From a bacterium (GTDB lineage Bacteria > Patescibacteriota > Microgenomatia > Levybacterales > UBA12049), in the NCBI GenBank assembly GCA_021813145.1, contig JAKALS010000002.1:35595-99594 (forward strand): 64,000 nucleotides of DNA, written 5' to 3'. The notes under the pieces are model-generated. The model saw nothing but the letters and a program-made list of their open reading frames with translations. It was not told the DNA's origin and made no database searches. Shown here in pieces: positions 20,667-33,577 of this stretch; the first letter of the stretch is position 1, and the number at the start of each line of letters is the position of its first letter. The position numbers and the translations under genes were made by a program.

Positions 20667-22077
20667 CCAACTGACTTTAAAACAGGCAAAGGAAGGATTA
20701 AGAAAGAAAGAATTCAGCTCGCTTGAGCTTACAAATGCATGTCTTGAGGAGATTAAAAGATTAGAACCCAAGTTAAATTCTTTTGTTACGGTCACGGAAG
20801 AAACAGCGATTGAAGATGCCAAAAAAGCAGATAAGGCGATTGCGGACGGAGTTGATTTGCCTCTTTTGGGCATTCCCCTATCGGTAAAGGATAATTTTTC
20901 AACAAAAGACGTAAGAACGACAGCCTCGAGCAAAGTTTTAAATGAATATATTCCTCCTTTCGATTCCACTGTTGTAGAAAGGCTTAAAAATGCGGGTATG
21001 GTGCTATTGGGAAAAACAAATATGGACGCATGGGCTCATGGTTCGTCTACCGAAACTTCCGATTTTGGACCCAGTAAGAACCCTTGGGACACAAAACGCT
21101 TAACAGGTGGCTCTTCGGGGGGTTCAGCGGGCAGCGTAGCAGCCGACCAGACAATCGCTGCAATAGGCTCCGAAACAGCAGGCTCCATAAGGCAGCCTGC
21201 TTCCTGGTGCGGAGTAGTTGGATTAAAGCCTACTTATGGAAGAGTTTCAAGATACGGTGTAATAGCAATGGGTTCTTCCCTGGATTCGCCCGGGCCGATT
21301 ACAAAAACCGTAGAAGACAGCGCAGTAATCCTGGAGGTATTGGCGGGGAAAGACGAACTGGACGCAACAACTTCCCCAAAGCCGGTAACAGATTATTCTA
21401 AACAACTAAAAAGAGACATAAAAACACTAAGGATCGGAATTTCCAACGAATATTTTATAACGGGCATAGATAAAGAGGTAGAAGAAAAAGTTAAAGAAGC
21501 TATAAAAAAACTTGAAGAAGCGGGGGCAAAAATAGAAAATATAAAACTTTTCGACCCCAAATATGCAATAGACGTCTACACAATAATCCAACGCTCGGAG
21601 GTTTCCTCGAACCTTGCCAGATATGACGGTATAAGATACGGAAACACAAGGGAGTATTTCGGGGAAGAAGCAAAAAGAAGAATAATGTTCGGCACCTATG
21701 CCCTATCTTCGGGCTACTATGACCAGTACTATAACAAAGCTCAGCAGGTAAGAACCGTAATAATCGATGACTTCAAAAAAGCATTCGAAAAAGTAGACGT
21801 AATAATAGCCCCCACAAGCCCTTCGCTTGCTTTGCCCGTCGGGTCAACAAAAGACACTTCGATGTTTGGAGAAATAGCAGACGTGTTAGTAGAACCTTCT
21901 TCTATAGCAGGCCTTTCGGGAATAAATATACCCGTAGGCTTATCGAAATCGGGACTGCCCATCGGAATGCAGATAATTGCTCCGCAGTTTGGCGAAGAAG
22001 TAGTTCTATCAACAGCATTTGAATTCGAGAGTATTACCAAAGGCGAGGATTGGAGAAGGCTAAAACCGCAATTATGA
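20656..22077 (+). CDS. gatA: Asp/Glu-tRNA amidotransferase subunit A
   Basis: Amidase signature GKTNMD, GGSSGGSA, GSETAGSIRQPA, GLKPTYGRVSRYG, SSNLARYDG. Confidence 0.96.
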   Translation: MKLNQLTLKQAKEGLRKKEFSSLELTNACLEEIKRLEPKLNSFVTVTEETAIEDAKKADKAIADGVDLPLLGIPLSVKDNFSTKDVRTTASSKVLNEYIPPFDSTVVERLKNAGMVLLGKTNMDAWAHGSSTETSDFGPSKNPWDTKRLTGGSSGGSAGSVAADQTIAAIGSETAGSIRQPASWCGVVGLKPTYGRVSRYGVIAMGSSLDSPGPITKTVEDSAVILEVLAGKDELDATTSPKPVTDYSKQLKRDIKTLRIGISNEYFITGIDKEVEEKVKEAIKKLEEAGAKIENIKLFDPKYAIDVYTIIQRSEVSSNLARYDGIRYGNTREYFGEEAKRRIMFGTYALSSGYYDQYYNKAQQVRTVIIDDFKKAFEKVDVIIAPTSPSLALPVGSTKDTSMFGEIADVLVEPSSIAGLSGINIPVGLSKSGLPIGMQIIAPQFGEEVVLSTAFEFESITKGEDWRRLKPQL

Positions 22078-23393
22078 AATATAAAGCCATAATAGGACTT
22101 GAAGTCCACGTCGAACTAAAAACAAATTCAAAAATGTTTTGCTCCTGCAGCGCCGATTATTTCGGGCAGGAACCAAACACCCATACCTGTCCTGTTTGCC
22201 TCGGATTACCTGGTGCCCTTCCCGTCCCGAATAAAAAGGCTATAGAATGGTGTGTAAAAATAGGCATGGCATTAAACTGCGATACTCCCCTATTTTCCAA
22301 ATTTGACAGGAAAAACTATTTTTACCCCGATTTGGCAAAAGGATATCAGATTTCGCAATACGACAAACCTTTCTGTATAAACGGGCATATGACGCTTTCA
22401 AACGGGAAAAAAATAGGAATAAGAAGGGTACATATGGAAGAAGACACGGGAAAGCTTATACATGAAACTGTTGACGGAATAAAAGTGACACTAATAGATT
22501 TTAACCGCTCAGGCGTTCCACTCGTAGAAATAGTAACAGAGCCGGATTTTGAAACAGCCGAAGAAGTAAAAGAATATCTCCAAAAACTCCAGCAAATAGT
22601 AAGGTATCTTGGCGTTTCAAATGCCGATATGGAGAAAGGGAATATGAGGCTGGAGCCAAATATATCCCTAAGAAAAGAGGGTCAAGATGGACTTCCAAAC
22701 TACAAGGTAGAGGTTAAAAACATTAATTCATTTTCTTTTGTAGGAAAAGCTATAGACTATGAAATAAAAAGGCATGAAGAAATTCTTGAGAGCGGAAAAA
22801 CCCCCACCCAGGAAACAAGAGGCTTTGTAGAAAAAAACTCCTCTACCGTATCGCAGAGAATAAAAGAAGAGGCATCGGATTATAGATATTTTCCCGAACC
22901 CGATATTCCCCCGATCCGATGGGCAGATCGGGAAATATCAAAGCTTAAATCCCAAATTCCCGAATTACCGGATGAAAAGCTTAAGAGATTTATAAAAGAT
23001 TATGCGGTAACGGAATACGACGCTTCTATATTAACCAAAGCTATAGAAATGGCGGATTATTTTGAAGAAGCCGTGAAAATAGGAAAATCTAATAATCTAA
23101 ACGCGAAACAAATAGCAAATTTTATAATTAACAGAAAACAGGATATTAACAATATTCTTCCGGCCAAACTTATAGAAAATATATTGGAAGCGACAAAAAC
23201 AGAAAAAGTAAGCGAAACCGAACTGGAAAAAATAGCAAACGAAGTGCTTTCAAAAAATCCCCAGGCAATTTTAGACTATAAAAACGGTAAGGAAAACGCT
23301 ATAATGTTTTTGATAGGTCAGGTTATGCGTCAAATCGGAAAGAAAATTGACGCGGAACAAATTAAGGCGGTTTTAACCGCGAAATTAAAATAA
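22074..23393 (+). CDS. gatB: Asp/Glu-tRNA amidotransferase subunit B
   Basis: IGLEVHVEL, CPVCLGLPG, FDRKNYFYPD, HMEEDTGK, DYRYFPEPD. Confidence 0.96.
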   Translation: MKYKAIIGLEVHVELKTNSKMFCSCSADYFGQEPNTHTCPVCLGLPGALPVPNKKAIEWCVKIGMALNCDTPLFSKFDRKNYFYPDLAKGYQISQYDKPFCINGHMTLSNGKKIGIRRVHMEEDTGKLIHETVDGIKVTLIDFNRSGVPLVEIVTEPDFETAEEVKEYLQKLQQIVRYLGVSNADMEKGNMRLEPNISLRKEGQDGLPNYKVEVKNINSFSFVGKAIDYEIKRHEEILESGKTPTQETRGFVEKNSSTVSQRIKEEASDYRYFPEPDIPPIRWADREISKLKSQIPELPDEKLKRFIKDYAVTEYDASILTKAIEMADYFEEAVKIGKSNNLNAKQIANFIINRKQDINNILPAKLIENILEATKTEKVSETELEKIANEVLSKNPQAILDYKNGKENAIMFLIGQVMRQIGKKIDAEQIKAVLTAKLK

Positions 23394-24193
23394 TGCCAGA
23401 AGCAGGAACACCAATTGAAATAACAGAAAGCGCTTCCCCACCACCTTTAAGAGCTCAAGGCTTAAGGGAGGTTATCCAAACCACAAAAGAAATAGAAACG
23501 AATAAGCCAAAAATATCGCGAATTCATGCTATAGCCAAAGCCTTACTTCAAATTCAGGGGAAAAAACTTGAGCAAGCGGAAAAACAACTGAGCGTAGATC
23601 CCTTAACCGGACTTATGTCAAAAAAGTTATTCGAAGAAACAATTCAAAGGGAAACAGAATTGGCTAAACGTGACCCTTCAAGAAAATTGGGATTCGCTTT
23701 CTTGGACATTGATGATTTCGGAAAATTTAACAAACAATACGGACAGGCAACGGGAGATAAAGTTTTATCGGAAGTAGGAAAAACACTGCAGGAGAACATC
23801 AGGAAAACCGATATAGCGGGAAGAGAAGGAGGAGAAGAGATGGGTATAATAATGCCCTACACGGGCACAGAAGAGAGGTCTCCGGAAAGTAATCCTTCTG
23901 AAAGAGTAAGGCAAGCAATAATGGGAATAGACTTAAAAGAATTAAGACAAATAACCGTTAGTATAGGCACTACCGAATTCATCAACAACGAAAGCTATGA
24001 AAGTTTTTACAATAGGGCTGATTTGGCAATGAGAGCCGCAAAGCAATTAGGAAAAAACAGAACAGTTGTTGCAAACCCCGATCCGCAAAAAGGAATAATC
24101 TTCACCGATTTAACGGATAACAAAAAATATACAGCCGAAGTTACCATTGAAGGAGCGGAAAAGAAATTAAAAATGACAGAGGTAATTAATTAA
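23393..24193 (+). CDS. GGDEF domain protein (putative diguanylate cyclase)
   Basis: DPLTGL, FLDIDDFGKFNKQYGQATGD, RKTD I-site then GREGGEEM, TVSIG, RADLAMRAAKQLGKNR. Confidence 0.88.
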   Translation: MPEAGTPIEITESASPPPLRAQGLREVIQTTKEIETNKPKISRIHAIAKALLQIQGKKLEQAEKQLSVDPLTGLMSKKLFEETIQRETELAKRDPSRKLGFAFLDIDDFGKFNKQYGQATGDKVLSEVGKTLQENIRKTDIAGREGGEEMGIIMPYTGTEERSPESNPSERVRQAIMGIDLKELRQITVSIGTTEFINNESYESFYNRADLAMRAAKQLGKNRTVVANPDPQKGIIFTDLTDNKKYTAEVTIEGAEKKLKMTEVIN

Positions 24194-24194
24194 C

Positions 24195-27100
24195 ATGGCA
24201 GAATTTGTTCACCTTCATAACCACAGCGAATTTTCCCTGTTGGACGGCCTTTCAAAAATAAAGGATATGGTAGCCCGGGCAAAAGAGCTCAACATGAAAG
24301 CATTGGCCATAACCGACCACGGCAATATGTACGGAGCGATCTCCTTTTATAAAACATGCATCGAGGCGGGAATTAAACCTATAATCGGGTGTGAAATATA
24401 CGTAAGCAAAAGGACAAGGCACGATAAGGAAGCCGGGGTAGACGGAGATTCGAATCACCTGGTCCTTTTGGCAAAAAATCAAACAGGGTACAAAAATTTA
24501 ATGAAAATAATATCCGTGGCAAATCTTGAGGGGTATTATTACAAACCCAGAACCGACATGGAGCTCTTGCGGGAACACCATGAAGGGATTATCTGTTTAA
24601 GCGCCTGTATTAATGGGTATGTTTCAGAACCTCTTTTAAACAACCAGGAAGAGACCGCGGAAAAAAGAGCCCAAACTCTTTACGAAATTTTCGGTAAGGA
24701 CCACTTCTACCTCGAAATACAGAAACACCTTGATGTAAAAGACCAGGACAGACTGAATGAAAAAATAATAGCGCTTTCGGCAAAGCTTGGGATACCTCTT
24801 ATAGCAACAAACGATAATCACTATGTGAGAAATACCGACGCGCAGGGACAGGAGGTTTTGCTATGCATACAAACACAAACAACTCTGGATACACCCGACA
24901 GAAAACTTTCCATGATTTCTTCCCCGGATTTTTATCTAAAAAGCCAGGAAGAAATGACGGGGTTATTTATCCAGACTCCCCAAGCAATAGAAAACTCCGT
25001 AAAAATTGCAGACATGTGCAATCTGGAAATAACTCTGGGAAAATGGATAATGCCCCAATTTGAAGTGCCCGATGGCAAAATTCCCGCAGAATATATGACT
25101 GAAAAAGTCGAAGAAGGGTTAAAAAGAAGATACGGAACAATAACAAAAGAAATAAAGGAAAGGACCGATTATGAGCTTTCGATTATCCTTAAAAAGGGAT
25201 ACGAAACCTATATTCTAATCGTTGCCGATTTTGTAAACTGGGCAAAATCTCAGGGTATAACAGTAGGTCCGGGTAGAGGCTCAAATGCAGGATCTATTGT
25301 TTCTTATGCCCTTAATATATCCGATATTGACCCCTTATTTTTTAAGCTGCCCTTCGAAAGATTCCTAAATCCTATGCGCCCTTCCCCGCCCGATATCGAT
25401 CTGGATTTTGCAGACGACAGAAGAGACGAAGTAATTGCATACGTAACGGAAAAATACGGAAAAGATAAAGTCGCGCAAATAATTACATTCGGAACGATCG
25501 AGGCAAGAGGCTCGGTAAGAGACACCGGAAGGGTTATGGGATTCCCCTACTCTTTTACCGACCGTATTTCAAAAATGATACCTATGGGCTGGCAGGGACA
25601 CGCGATGACAATAGAAAAAGCGCTTGAGCAAAACCCGGAACTTAAAAACGCATATCAAACCGAAACCGATACGAAAAGAGTTCTCGATCTCGCACAAAAG
25701 ATAGAGGGCGTTGCAAGGCATGCATCGGTACATGCAGCCGGAGTCGTAATAGCTGATAAGGACCTAACGGAATATACGCCGCTTCAAAGAGAGACAAACG
25801 GCGACAAAATAGTTACCCAATATGACATGTATAGTATAGGAGAAGACGGAGTAGGGCTTTTAAAAATAGACTTTCTGGGTCTTAGAAACTTAACAATTAT
25901 TCAGGAAGCGCTTAAGTTTATAAAAGCAAACCAGGGTAAGAATATAGATTTTTCAAATATCTCTTTCGAAGACGCAAAAACCTACCAACTTTTATCCTCG
26001 GGAGAAACCACCGGAATATTCCAACTGGAGTCGTCGGGAATGAGAAGATACATAAAAGAACTCAAACCTACTTCGATTTTTGACCTTCAGGCTATGGTTG
26101 CTCTTTACAGACCCGGTCCTATGGCAAATATCCCCGAATTCATAAGAAGAAAAAATAATCCGCAGCTTATAAAATACCCCGACCCGAGACTCAAAGACGT
26201 CTTAAAAGAATCTTACGGAATAATAACTTTTCAGGATGATCTGCTTTTAACGGCCATAAACGTAGCCGGTTATTCATGGCTAGAAGCAGACAAATTAAGA
26301 AAAGCAGTCGGAAAGAAAATCCCTGCAGAAATGAAAAAACAGCACGATAAATTTGTCGAGGGTTGTGTCGCAAACGGCATGACCAAGAAAAACGCGGAAG
26401 AGCTTTGGATATTATTCGAACCTTTTGCGGGCTACGGGTTCGGAAAAGCACATGCTGCATGCTACGCAACAATAGCTTTCAGGACTGCATATCTTAAAGC
26501 CCATTACCCCGTTGAATTTATGACGGCGCTTCTTACGGCAGAATCTCGCGGAAGTTCGGGCCCGGTTAAAAACGAAAAAATATCACAGGCAGTTGCAGAA
26601 TGCAAAAGACTTAAAGTAAATGTCCTCCCTCCTGACATAAATAAATCGGGAAGTGAATTTACCATAGAAGACCACATAAACATAAGATTCGGACTGTCGG
26701 CAATTAAAAACGTCGGAGAAGCCGCCATCCAAACTATACTTGAACAAAGAGAAAAGGGTGAATTCAAAAGCCTTGAAGATTTCTGTTCAAGAGTAGATCT
26801 TGGGGCGGTCAACAAAAAAACAATGGAGAGTCTTATAAAAGCAGGCGCAATGGACAGATTCGGAGAAAGGGCCAACCTATTGATTAGATATCCCGAGATA
26901 ATCGAGAAATCCCATAAAAAATCAAAGGAAATTAAATCCGGCCAGACGAGTTTATTCGGAGATACGGAAGAGCCCGAGGAATTATCAAAGGGGCCGAACA
27001 AAGTTGCCGAATTTACGCCAAACGAAAAACTGGCTTTCGAAAAGGAATTTCTTGGTTTTTATCTGACTTCCCATCCGCAGATGGACAGCCTTATTAAAAT

Positions 27101-27416
27101 AAGAAACTATGTTTCCCATAATATGGAACTTTTAACCGAAGAAACAGAAGGCACTCAGGTAACCGTAGGAGGCCTAATCGAGAATATAAGAAGAATTTTT
27201 ACAAAGAGAAACGGAAGCGAGATGGCATTTATAACCATAAGCGATGAAAACGGAATCATGGCAGAATGCATTGTGTTTCCCAGGGTTTTCGAAATGTATA
27301 AAACCGTATTGTTAAAGGATACTGTAATCGTAGTTAAGGGGAAAATAGATACAAAAAACGATAAACCGATAATAATTGCTGAGAAAATATCCGCATTTAG
27401 CCATTTTTCTTCTTGA
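24195..27416 (+). CDS. dnaE: DNA polymerase III alpha subunit
   Basis: HLHNHSEFSLLDG PHP, GPGRGS, FERFLNP, PDIDLD, KIDFLGL, C-terminal OB fold; no intein evident. Confidence 0.97.
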   Translation: MAEFVHLHNHSEFSLLDGLSKIKDMVARAKELNMKALAITDHGNMYGAISFYKTCIEAGIKPIIGCEIYVSKRTRHDKEAGVDGDSNHLVLLAKNQTGYKNLMKIISVANLEGYYYKPRTDMELLREHHEGIICLSACINGYVSEPLLNNQEETAEKRAQTLYEIFGKDHFYLEIQKHLDVKDQDRLNEKIIALSAKLGIPLIATNDNHYVRNTDAQGQEVLLCIQTQTTLDTPDRKLSMISSPDFYLKSQEEMTGLFIQTPQAIENSVKIADMCNLEITLGKWIMPQFEVPDGKIPAEYMTEKVEEGLKRRYGTITKEIKERTDYELSIILKKGYETYILIVADFVNWAKSQGITVGPGRGSNAGSIVSYALNISDIDPLFFKLPFERFLNPMRPSPPDIDLDFADDRRDEVIAYVTEKYGKDKVAQIITFGTIEARGSVRDTGRVMGFPYSFTDRISKMIPMGWQGHAMTIEKALEQNPELKNAYQTETDTKRVLDLAQKIEGVARHASVHAAGVVIADKDLTEYTPLQRETNGDKIVTQYDMYSIGEDGVGLLKIDFLGLRNLTIIQEALKFIKANQGKNIDFSNISFEDAKTYQLLSSGETTGIFQLESSGMRRYIKELKPTSIFDLQAMVALYRPGPMANIPEFIRRKNNPQLIKYPDPRLKDVLKESYGIITFQDDLLLTAINVAGYSWLEADKLRKAVGKKIPAEMKKQHDKFVEGCVANGMTKKNAEELWILFEPFAGYGFGKAHAACYATIAFRTAYLKAHYPVEFMTALLTAESRGSSGPVKNEKISQAVAECKRLKVNVLPPDINKSGSEFTIEDHINIRFGLSAIKNVGEAAIQTILEQREKGEFKSLEDFCSRVDLGAVNKKTMESLIKAGAMDRFGERANLLIRYPEIIEKSHKKSKEIKSGQTSLFGDTEEPEELSKGPNKVAEFTPNEKLAFEKEFLGFYLTSHPQMDSLIKIRNYVSHNMELLTEETEGTQVTVGGLIENIRRIFTKRNGSEMAFITISDENGIMAECIVFPRVFEMYKTVLLKDTVIVVKGKIDTKNDKPIIIAEKISAFSHFSS

Positions 27417-27441
27417 CTTGAGGCTAATTTCTATATAAAAT
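27413..27441 (+). promoter_or_regulatory. sigma70 promoter of atp operon (leaderless geometry)
   Basis: TTGACT(27413-18)-17 nt-TAAAAT(27436-41)-7 nt-GTG. Confidence 0.65.
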
Positions 27442-27448
27442 AGGGTAC

Positions 27449-28198
27449 GTGGTTTCATTCGCAGCAGAACCTATATTTCGTTTGGGTTTTTTTCCGGTGA
27501 CAAACACGGTTTTAGACACATTAATCGTCGACGGTGTTTTAGTCGGAGCAGCCTACTATATTAAAAAAAATCTTAAATTAATCCCCGGTTTTTTTCAAAA
27601 TCTTTCGGAATTTGCAATAGACACTATGTATAATCTGACCGAATCCGTCGCTCCGGGGAGAGCCGCAAAAATATTTCCTTATTTTGCAACTTTCCTGCTT
27701 TTTATACTTCTAGCCAATTGGTCCGGACTTGTGCCCGGTTTTGGAACAATCGGGTTTTTTGAAGGAGAAGGTGCAAATCGGACTCTTGTGCCTCTTCTAA
27801 GAAGTACGACGACGGATTTAAATACAACCCTTGGGCTTGCAATTTTTTCAGCTGTTGCTACACACATTTTAAGCATCAGAATCATCGGAATTAAGCAGTA
27901 TTTAGGACGATATTTTTCCCTAAACCCTATAAATCAATTTATAGGGTTTTTGGAAATGATCTCCGAAATTACTAAAGTAATATCACTCTCTTTCCGTCTT
28001 TTCGGAAATATATATGCCGGAGAAATAGTTTTGGGAACAATATCTACCCTTTTTGCCATAGCCTTACCATTACCGTTTTTACTCCTGGAATTTATTGTAG
28101 GATTTGTCCAGGCCCTGGTTTTCGCAATGTTGACAATGGCTTTTATGGCAATACTTTCAACGCCTCATCATGAGGCCAAGGAGGTGAGTCACGCATGA
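27449..28198 (+). CDS. atpB: ATP synthase Fo subunit a
   Basis: ANWSGLVPG, TTDLNTTL, ISLSFRLFGNIYAGE, QALVFAMLT. Confidence 0.95.
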   Translation: MVSFAAEPIFRLGFFPVTNTVLDTLIVDGVLVGAAYYIKKNLKLIPGFFQNLSEFAIDTMYNLTESVAPGRAAKIFPYFATFLLFILLANWSGLVPGFGTIGFFEGEGANRTLVPLLRSTTTDLNTTLGLAIFSAVATHILSIRIIGIKQYLGRYFSLNPINQFIGFLEMISEITKVISLSFRLFGNIYAGEIVLGTISTLFAIALPLPFLLLEFIVGFVQALVFAMLTMAFMAILSTPHHEAKEVSHA

Positions 28199-28404
28199 CA
28201 TTTAGTGTATCGGGAGGATTAATTATCGCAATAGGAGGACAGAGTGCTGCTTTAGCTATCGGCTTTATAGGCATGAAAGCAATGGAAGCTATCGGAAGAA
28301 ACCCCGAAGCATCCGGAAGAATACTTCCTGCAATGCTTTTGGGAATGGCTTTCGCAGAAGCTATCGCGATTTATTCTTTAATTTTTGCCTTTATAGGAAA
28401 ATAA
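28195..28404 (+). CDS. atpE: ATP synthase Fo subunit c
   Basis: GRNPEA loop, conserved Glu in AFAEAIAIY; strong SD AAGGAGGTG. Confidence 0.95.
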   Translation: MTFSVSGGLIIAIGGQSAALAIGFIGMKAMEAIGRNPEASGRILPAMLLGMAFAEAIAIYSLIFAFIGK

Positions 28405-28410
28405 AAATAT

Positions 28411-28914
28411 ATGGAAATTCTTAAAACTTTTGGAGTCGATCCTATTTTATTGGTCGCCCAGATAATAAATTTCATAGTTATTCTATATATCTTGAAAAAG
28501 CTTCTTTATAAGCCTGTTATGGACATGCTTAAAAAGAGAGAGGATGTTATAAAAGAGGGGCTTAAACAGGCAGAGGAAGGAAAACTTACTCTTGAGAAAG
28601 CCCTAGAAGAAGAAAAAAAGATTCTTAAAAAAGCTCAGGACCAGTCTAAAAAAATTGTGGATAATGCTAATGAGCAGGCTAGTGCAGTGTCCAAGGAAAT
28701 AGAAGAAAATGCGCGTAAACAAGCCGATAAAATATTGGAAGAGGCAAAAAGACAAATAGAGCAGGAAGCAAAAGATACCGAAAAAAGGCTTTCGGAAAAC
28801 GTGACAAACCTTTCCATTGACATATTAAGAAAATCCATAAGCGAGCTATTCGGAGAAAAAGAGCAAAAAGCTTTAGTAGAAAAAGCAATAAGAAATATCA
28901 CTAAAAAGAAATAA
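28411..28914 (+). CDS. atpF: ATP synthase Fo subunit b
   Basis: AQIINFIVILYILKKLLYKP then long charged coiled coil. Confidence 0.93.
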   Translation: MEILKTFGVDPILLVAQIINFIVILYILKKLLYKPVMDMLKKREDVIKEGLKQAEEGKLTLEKALEEEKKILKKAQDQSKKIVDNANEQASAVSKEIEENARKQADKILEEAKRQIEQEAKDTEKRLSENVTNLSIDILRKSISELFGEKEQKALVEKAIRNITKKK

Positions 28915-28916
28915 AT

Positions 28917-29267
28917 ATGACAAAAAAACAGATAAGAAGACTTGCCTTTGCAAGCTATACGAAAGAGCAACTAGATGCAAAGAAAGTAAAAAGGGTCGCA
29001 AAAATCCTATCTAGACAAGACCTTAAGGAATATATTAAAATCCTGAGGGAACTGGAAAAAAGTAAACAGGTAACAGTTTTTGTACCCCGCTTGTATAAGA
29101 GTAAAGAGATAGAGAAAAAAATTTCGGACTCTTTCCCGGGCAAGAAAATAATTTTTCAGCAAGACCCTTCTCTTATGGCGGGGTTAAGAGTGGAAAACAA
29201 CGACTTGGTATATGAATTAAGCTTGAATAACACTTTTGAAAATCTAAAAAATTATATTAACGGATAA
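28917..29267 (+). CDS. atpH: ATP synthase delta subunit (short)
   Basis: Operon position between atpF and atpA; C-terminal DPSLMAGLRV..D..YELSL OSCP-like motif. Confidence 0.8.
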   Translation: MTKKQIRRLAFASYTKEQLDAKKVKRVAKILSRQDLKEYIKILRELEKSKQVTVFVPRLYKSKEIEKKISDSFPGKKIIFQQDPSLMAGLRVENNDLVYELSLNNTFENLKNYING

Positions 29268-29273
29268 TAAATT

Positions 29274-30802
29274 ATGGTAAATAGCGAAGAAATAATTAAG
29301 CAGCTGGAAAAGGGACTCACATCTTTCAATTTTGATCCAAAACTTCAAAATGTAGGAATAGTACAATCAAACACCGACGGAGTAATTACGGCAAGCGGAC
29401 TTTCAAAAGCAATGATGGGAGAATTGGTAGCTTTTGAAAACGGAACAATCGGAATGATACTCAACCTCGACGAAGATTCCGTATCAATTATTCTTTTGGG
29501 GGAAGGAGAAAACATAAAAGAAGGAGACAAAGTAAAAGCAACAGGAAGAATGCTTTCCATAAATGTTTCCGACGATCTAATAGGAAGAGTAATTAATCCC
29601 CTAGGAGAACCTTTGGACGGAAAAGCCAAATCCAAAAAATCCGGGAAAGAAATGCCTCTTGAAAAAATTGCCGCAGGCGTAGTCGAAAGAGAACCCGTAA
29701 ATACTCCGCTTAAAACGGGAATAAAATCAATAGATGCTATGTTTCCCATCGGACGCGGACAAAGAGAATTAATTATCGGAGACAGAGGTCTCGGAAAAAC
29801 CGCAATTGCAATAGATACGATAATAAACCAAAAAAATAACGCTAAAAACGGCGGATTAAGGCCCGTAACCTGCATATACGTAGCGATAGGGCAAAAACAG
29901 AGCCGAATAGCCCAGGTAATAGATAAACTTAAGGAAACAGGGGCAATGGATTATACGATAGTTGTCGTAGCTTCCGCTTCCGACCCGGCTTCCCTGCAAT
30001 ATTTGGCACCTTATGCCGGAAGTGCAATAGCGGAATACTTTATGGAGAAGGGCGAAGATGCCCTTATAGTCTACGATGATCTGACAAAACATGCCTGGGC
30101 TTACAGGCAGATTTCGCTGGTACTTAAAAGACCGGCAGGAAGAGAAGCATATCCCGGTGACATCTTCTATCTCCACTCAAGGCTTTTGGAAAGAGCGATA
30201 AGACTTTCTAAAGAATTGGGAGGAGGTTCTATAACCGCCCTTCCTATAATAGAGACTCAAGGAAACGATGTTTCCGCGTATATTCCGACCAACGTCATTT
30301 CTATTACAGACGGACAGATCTATCTTGAGGGCGACCTTTTCTACAGCGGAATAAGGCCTGCAATAAACGTTGGCACTTCTGTATCCAGAGTGGGAGGAGC
30401 AGCGCAAACTTCGGGAATGAAATCTGTTTCCGGGAAAATGAAACTTGAACTTGCCCAGTATAGAGAAATGGCATCTTTTGCACAGTTTGGAAGCGAATTA
30501 GACCCTGCAACCGCGGCACAACTCGACAGAGGAAGAAGAACAACCGAAATACTTAAACAGCCACAATACGATTCGCTTATTGAGGCGTTAGAATATCTGA
30601 GCATTTGGGCAGTAACAAACGGATTTATTGATGATATCCCGGTAGAAGAGGCATCAAGGTTTGAAAAAGAATATCATAATTTTATGAAGGCTTCCTATCC
30701 CAAGCTTATTACGGCACTTTCCAAGGGTGACAAACCGGACGAAGAACTTATAAAACAATTGCAAAAAGCGACATCCGAATTTAAGAAAGGATTTTCAGTC
30801 TA

Positions 30803-30803
<1 letters not shown>
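29274..30803 (+). CDS. atpA: ATP synthase F1 alpha
   Basis: [41 protein letters not shown]. Confidence 0.97.
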
Positions 30804-33035
<2,232 letters not shown>

Positions 33036-33036
33036 T

Positions 33037-33450
33037 ATGAAACTTCATCTGGAAGTCATAACACCGGAGAAAGTAATTCTTGAAGAGGATGTCGACGAAA
33101 TAACCCTGACAACGGCAACAGGGGAAATAAGCATACTCCCCAACCATGAAAATCTTCTTACAAAACTTATGCCCGGAGAAATGACGATAAAAAATAATGG
33201 AAAAGAAGAACATTTTGCCGTAACCGGGGGTTTTTTGGAAGTATCCGAAAACCGAATCAGTCTTCTGGCGGAATACGCTGTCAGAGCTTCCGATATAGAG
33301 GTCGGAAAAGCCGAAGAAGCTCATGAAAGGGCTAAAAGAAAAATGGCGGAACACAAAAACGATAATGAATTCAGGATTGCCGAATCGGAACTTAGAAAAG
33401 CAATACTGGAACTAAAAGTGGCCCGAAGGAATAAAATACGAACTTCATAA
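33037..33450 (+). CDS. atpC: ATP synthase F1 epsilon
   Basis: EVITPE, GEISILPNH, GGFLEV, C-terminal helices. Confidence 0.95.
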   Translation: MKLHLEVITPEKVILEEDVDEITLTTATGEISILPNHENLLTKLMPGEMTIKNNGKEEHFAVTGGFLEVSENRISLLAEYAVRASDIEVGKAEEAHERAKRKMAEHKNDNEFRIAESELRKAILELKVARRNKIRTS

Positions 33451-33452
33451 AT

Positions 33453-33481
33453 TTGCCTTCTCCCGTAAAATTTCATAAAAT
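33453..33481 (+). promoter_or_regulatory. sigma70 promoter of tRNA-Thr
   Basis: TTGCCT-17 nt-TAAAAT ending 11 nt before the tRNA. Confidence 0.55.
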
Positions 33482-33492
33482 AAGTTGGATTT

Positions 33493-33564
33493 GCCGGAGT
33501 AACTCAGTGGTAGAGTAGCTCTTTCGTAAAGAGCAAGTCGTGGGTTCAAGTCCCACCTCCGGCT
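33493..33564 (+). tRNA. tRNA-Thr(CGT)
   Basis: GCCGGAG...CTCCGGC acceptor stem, GCTCT-TTCGTAA-AGAGC anticodon arm, GGTTCAAG T-arm. Confidence 0.95.
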
Positions 33565-33577
33565 CACATAAGAATAG

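Noticed and set aside
24195-27416. Intein or split in dnaE
   Set aside because: Length and continuous motifs fit a normal DnaE; no intein signatures seen.
28195-28404. Na+-coupled ATP synthase
   Set aside because: The c subunit has E-A rather than the E-S/T Na+ signature; consistent with an ordinary H+ type.
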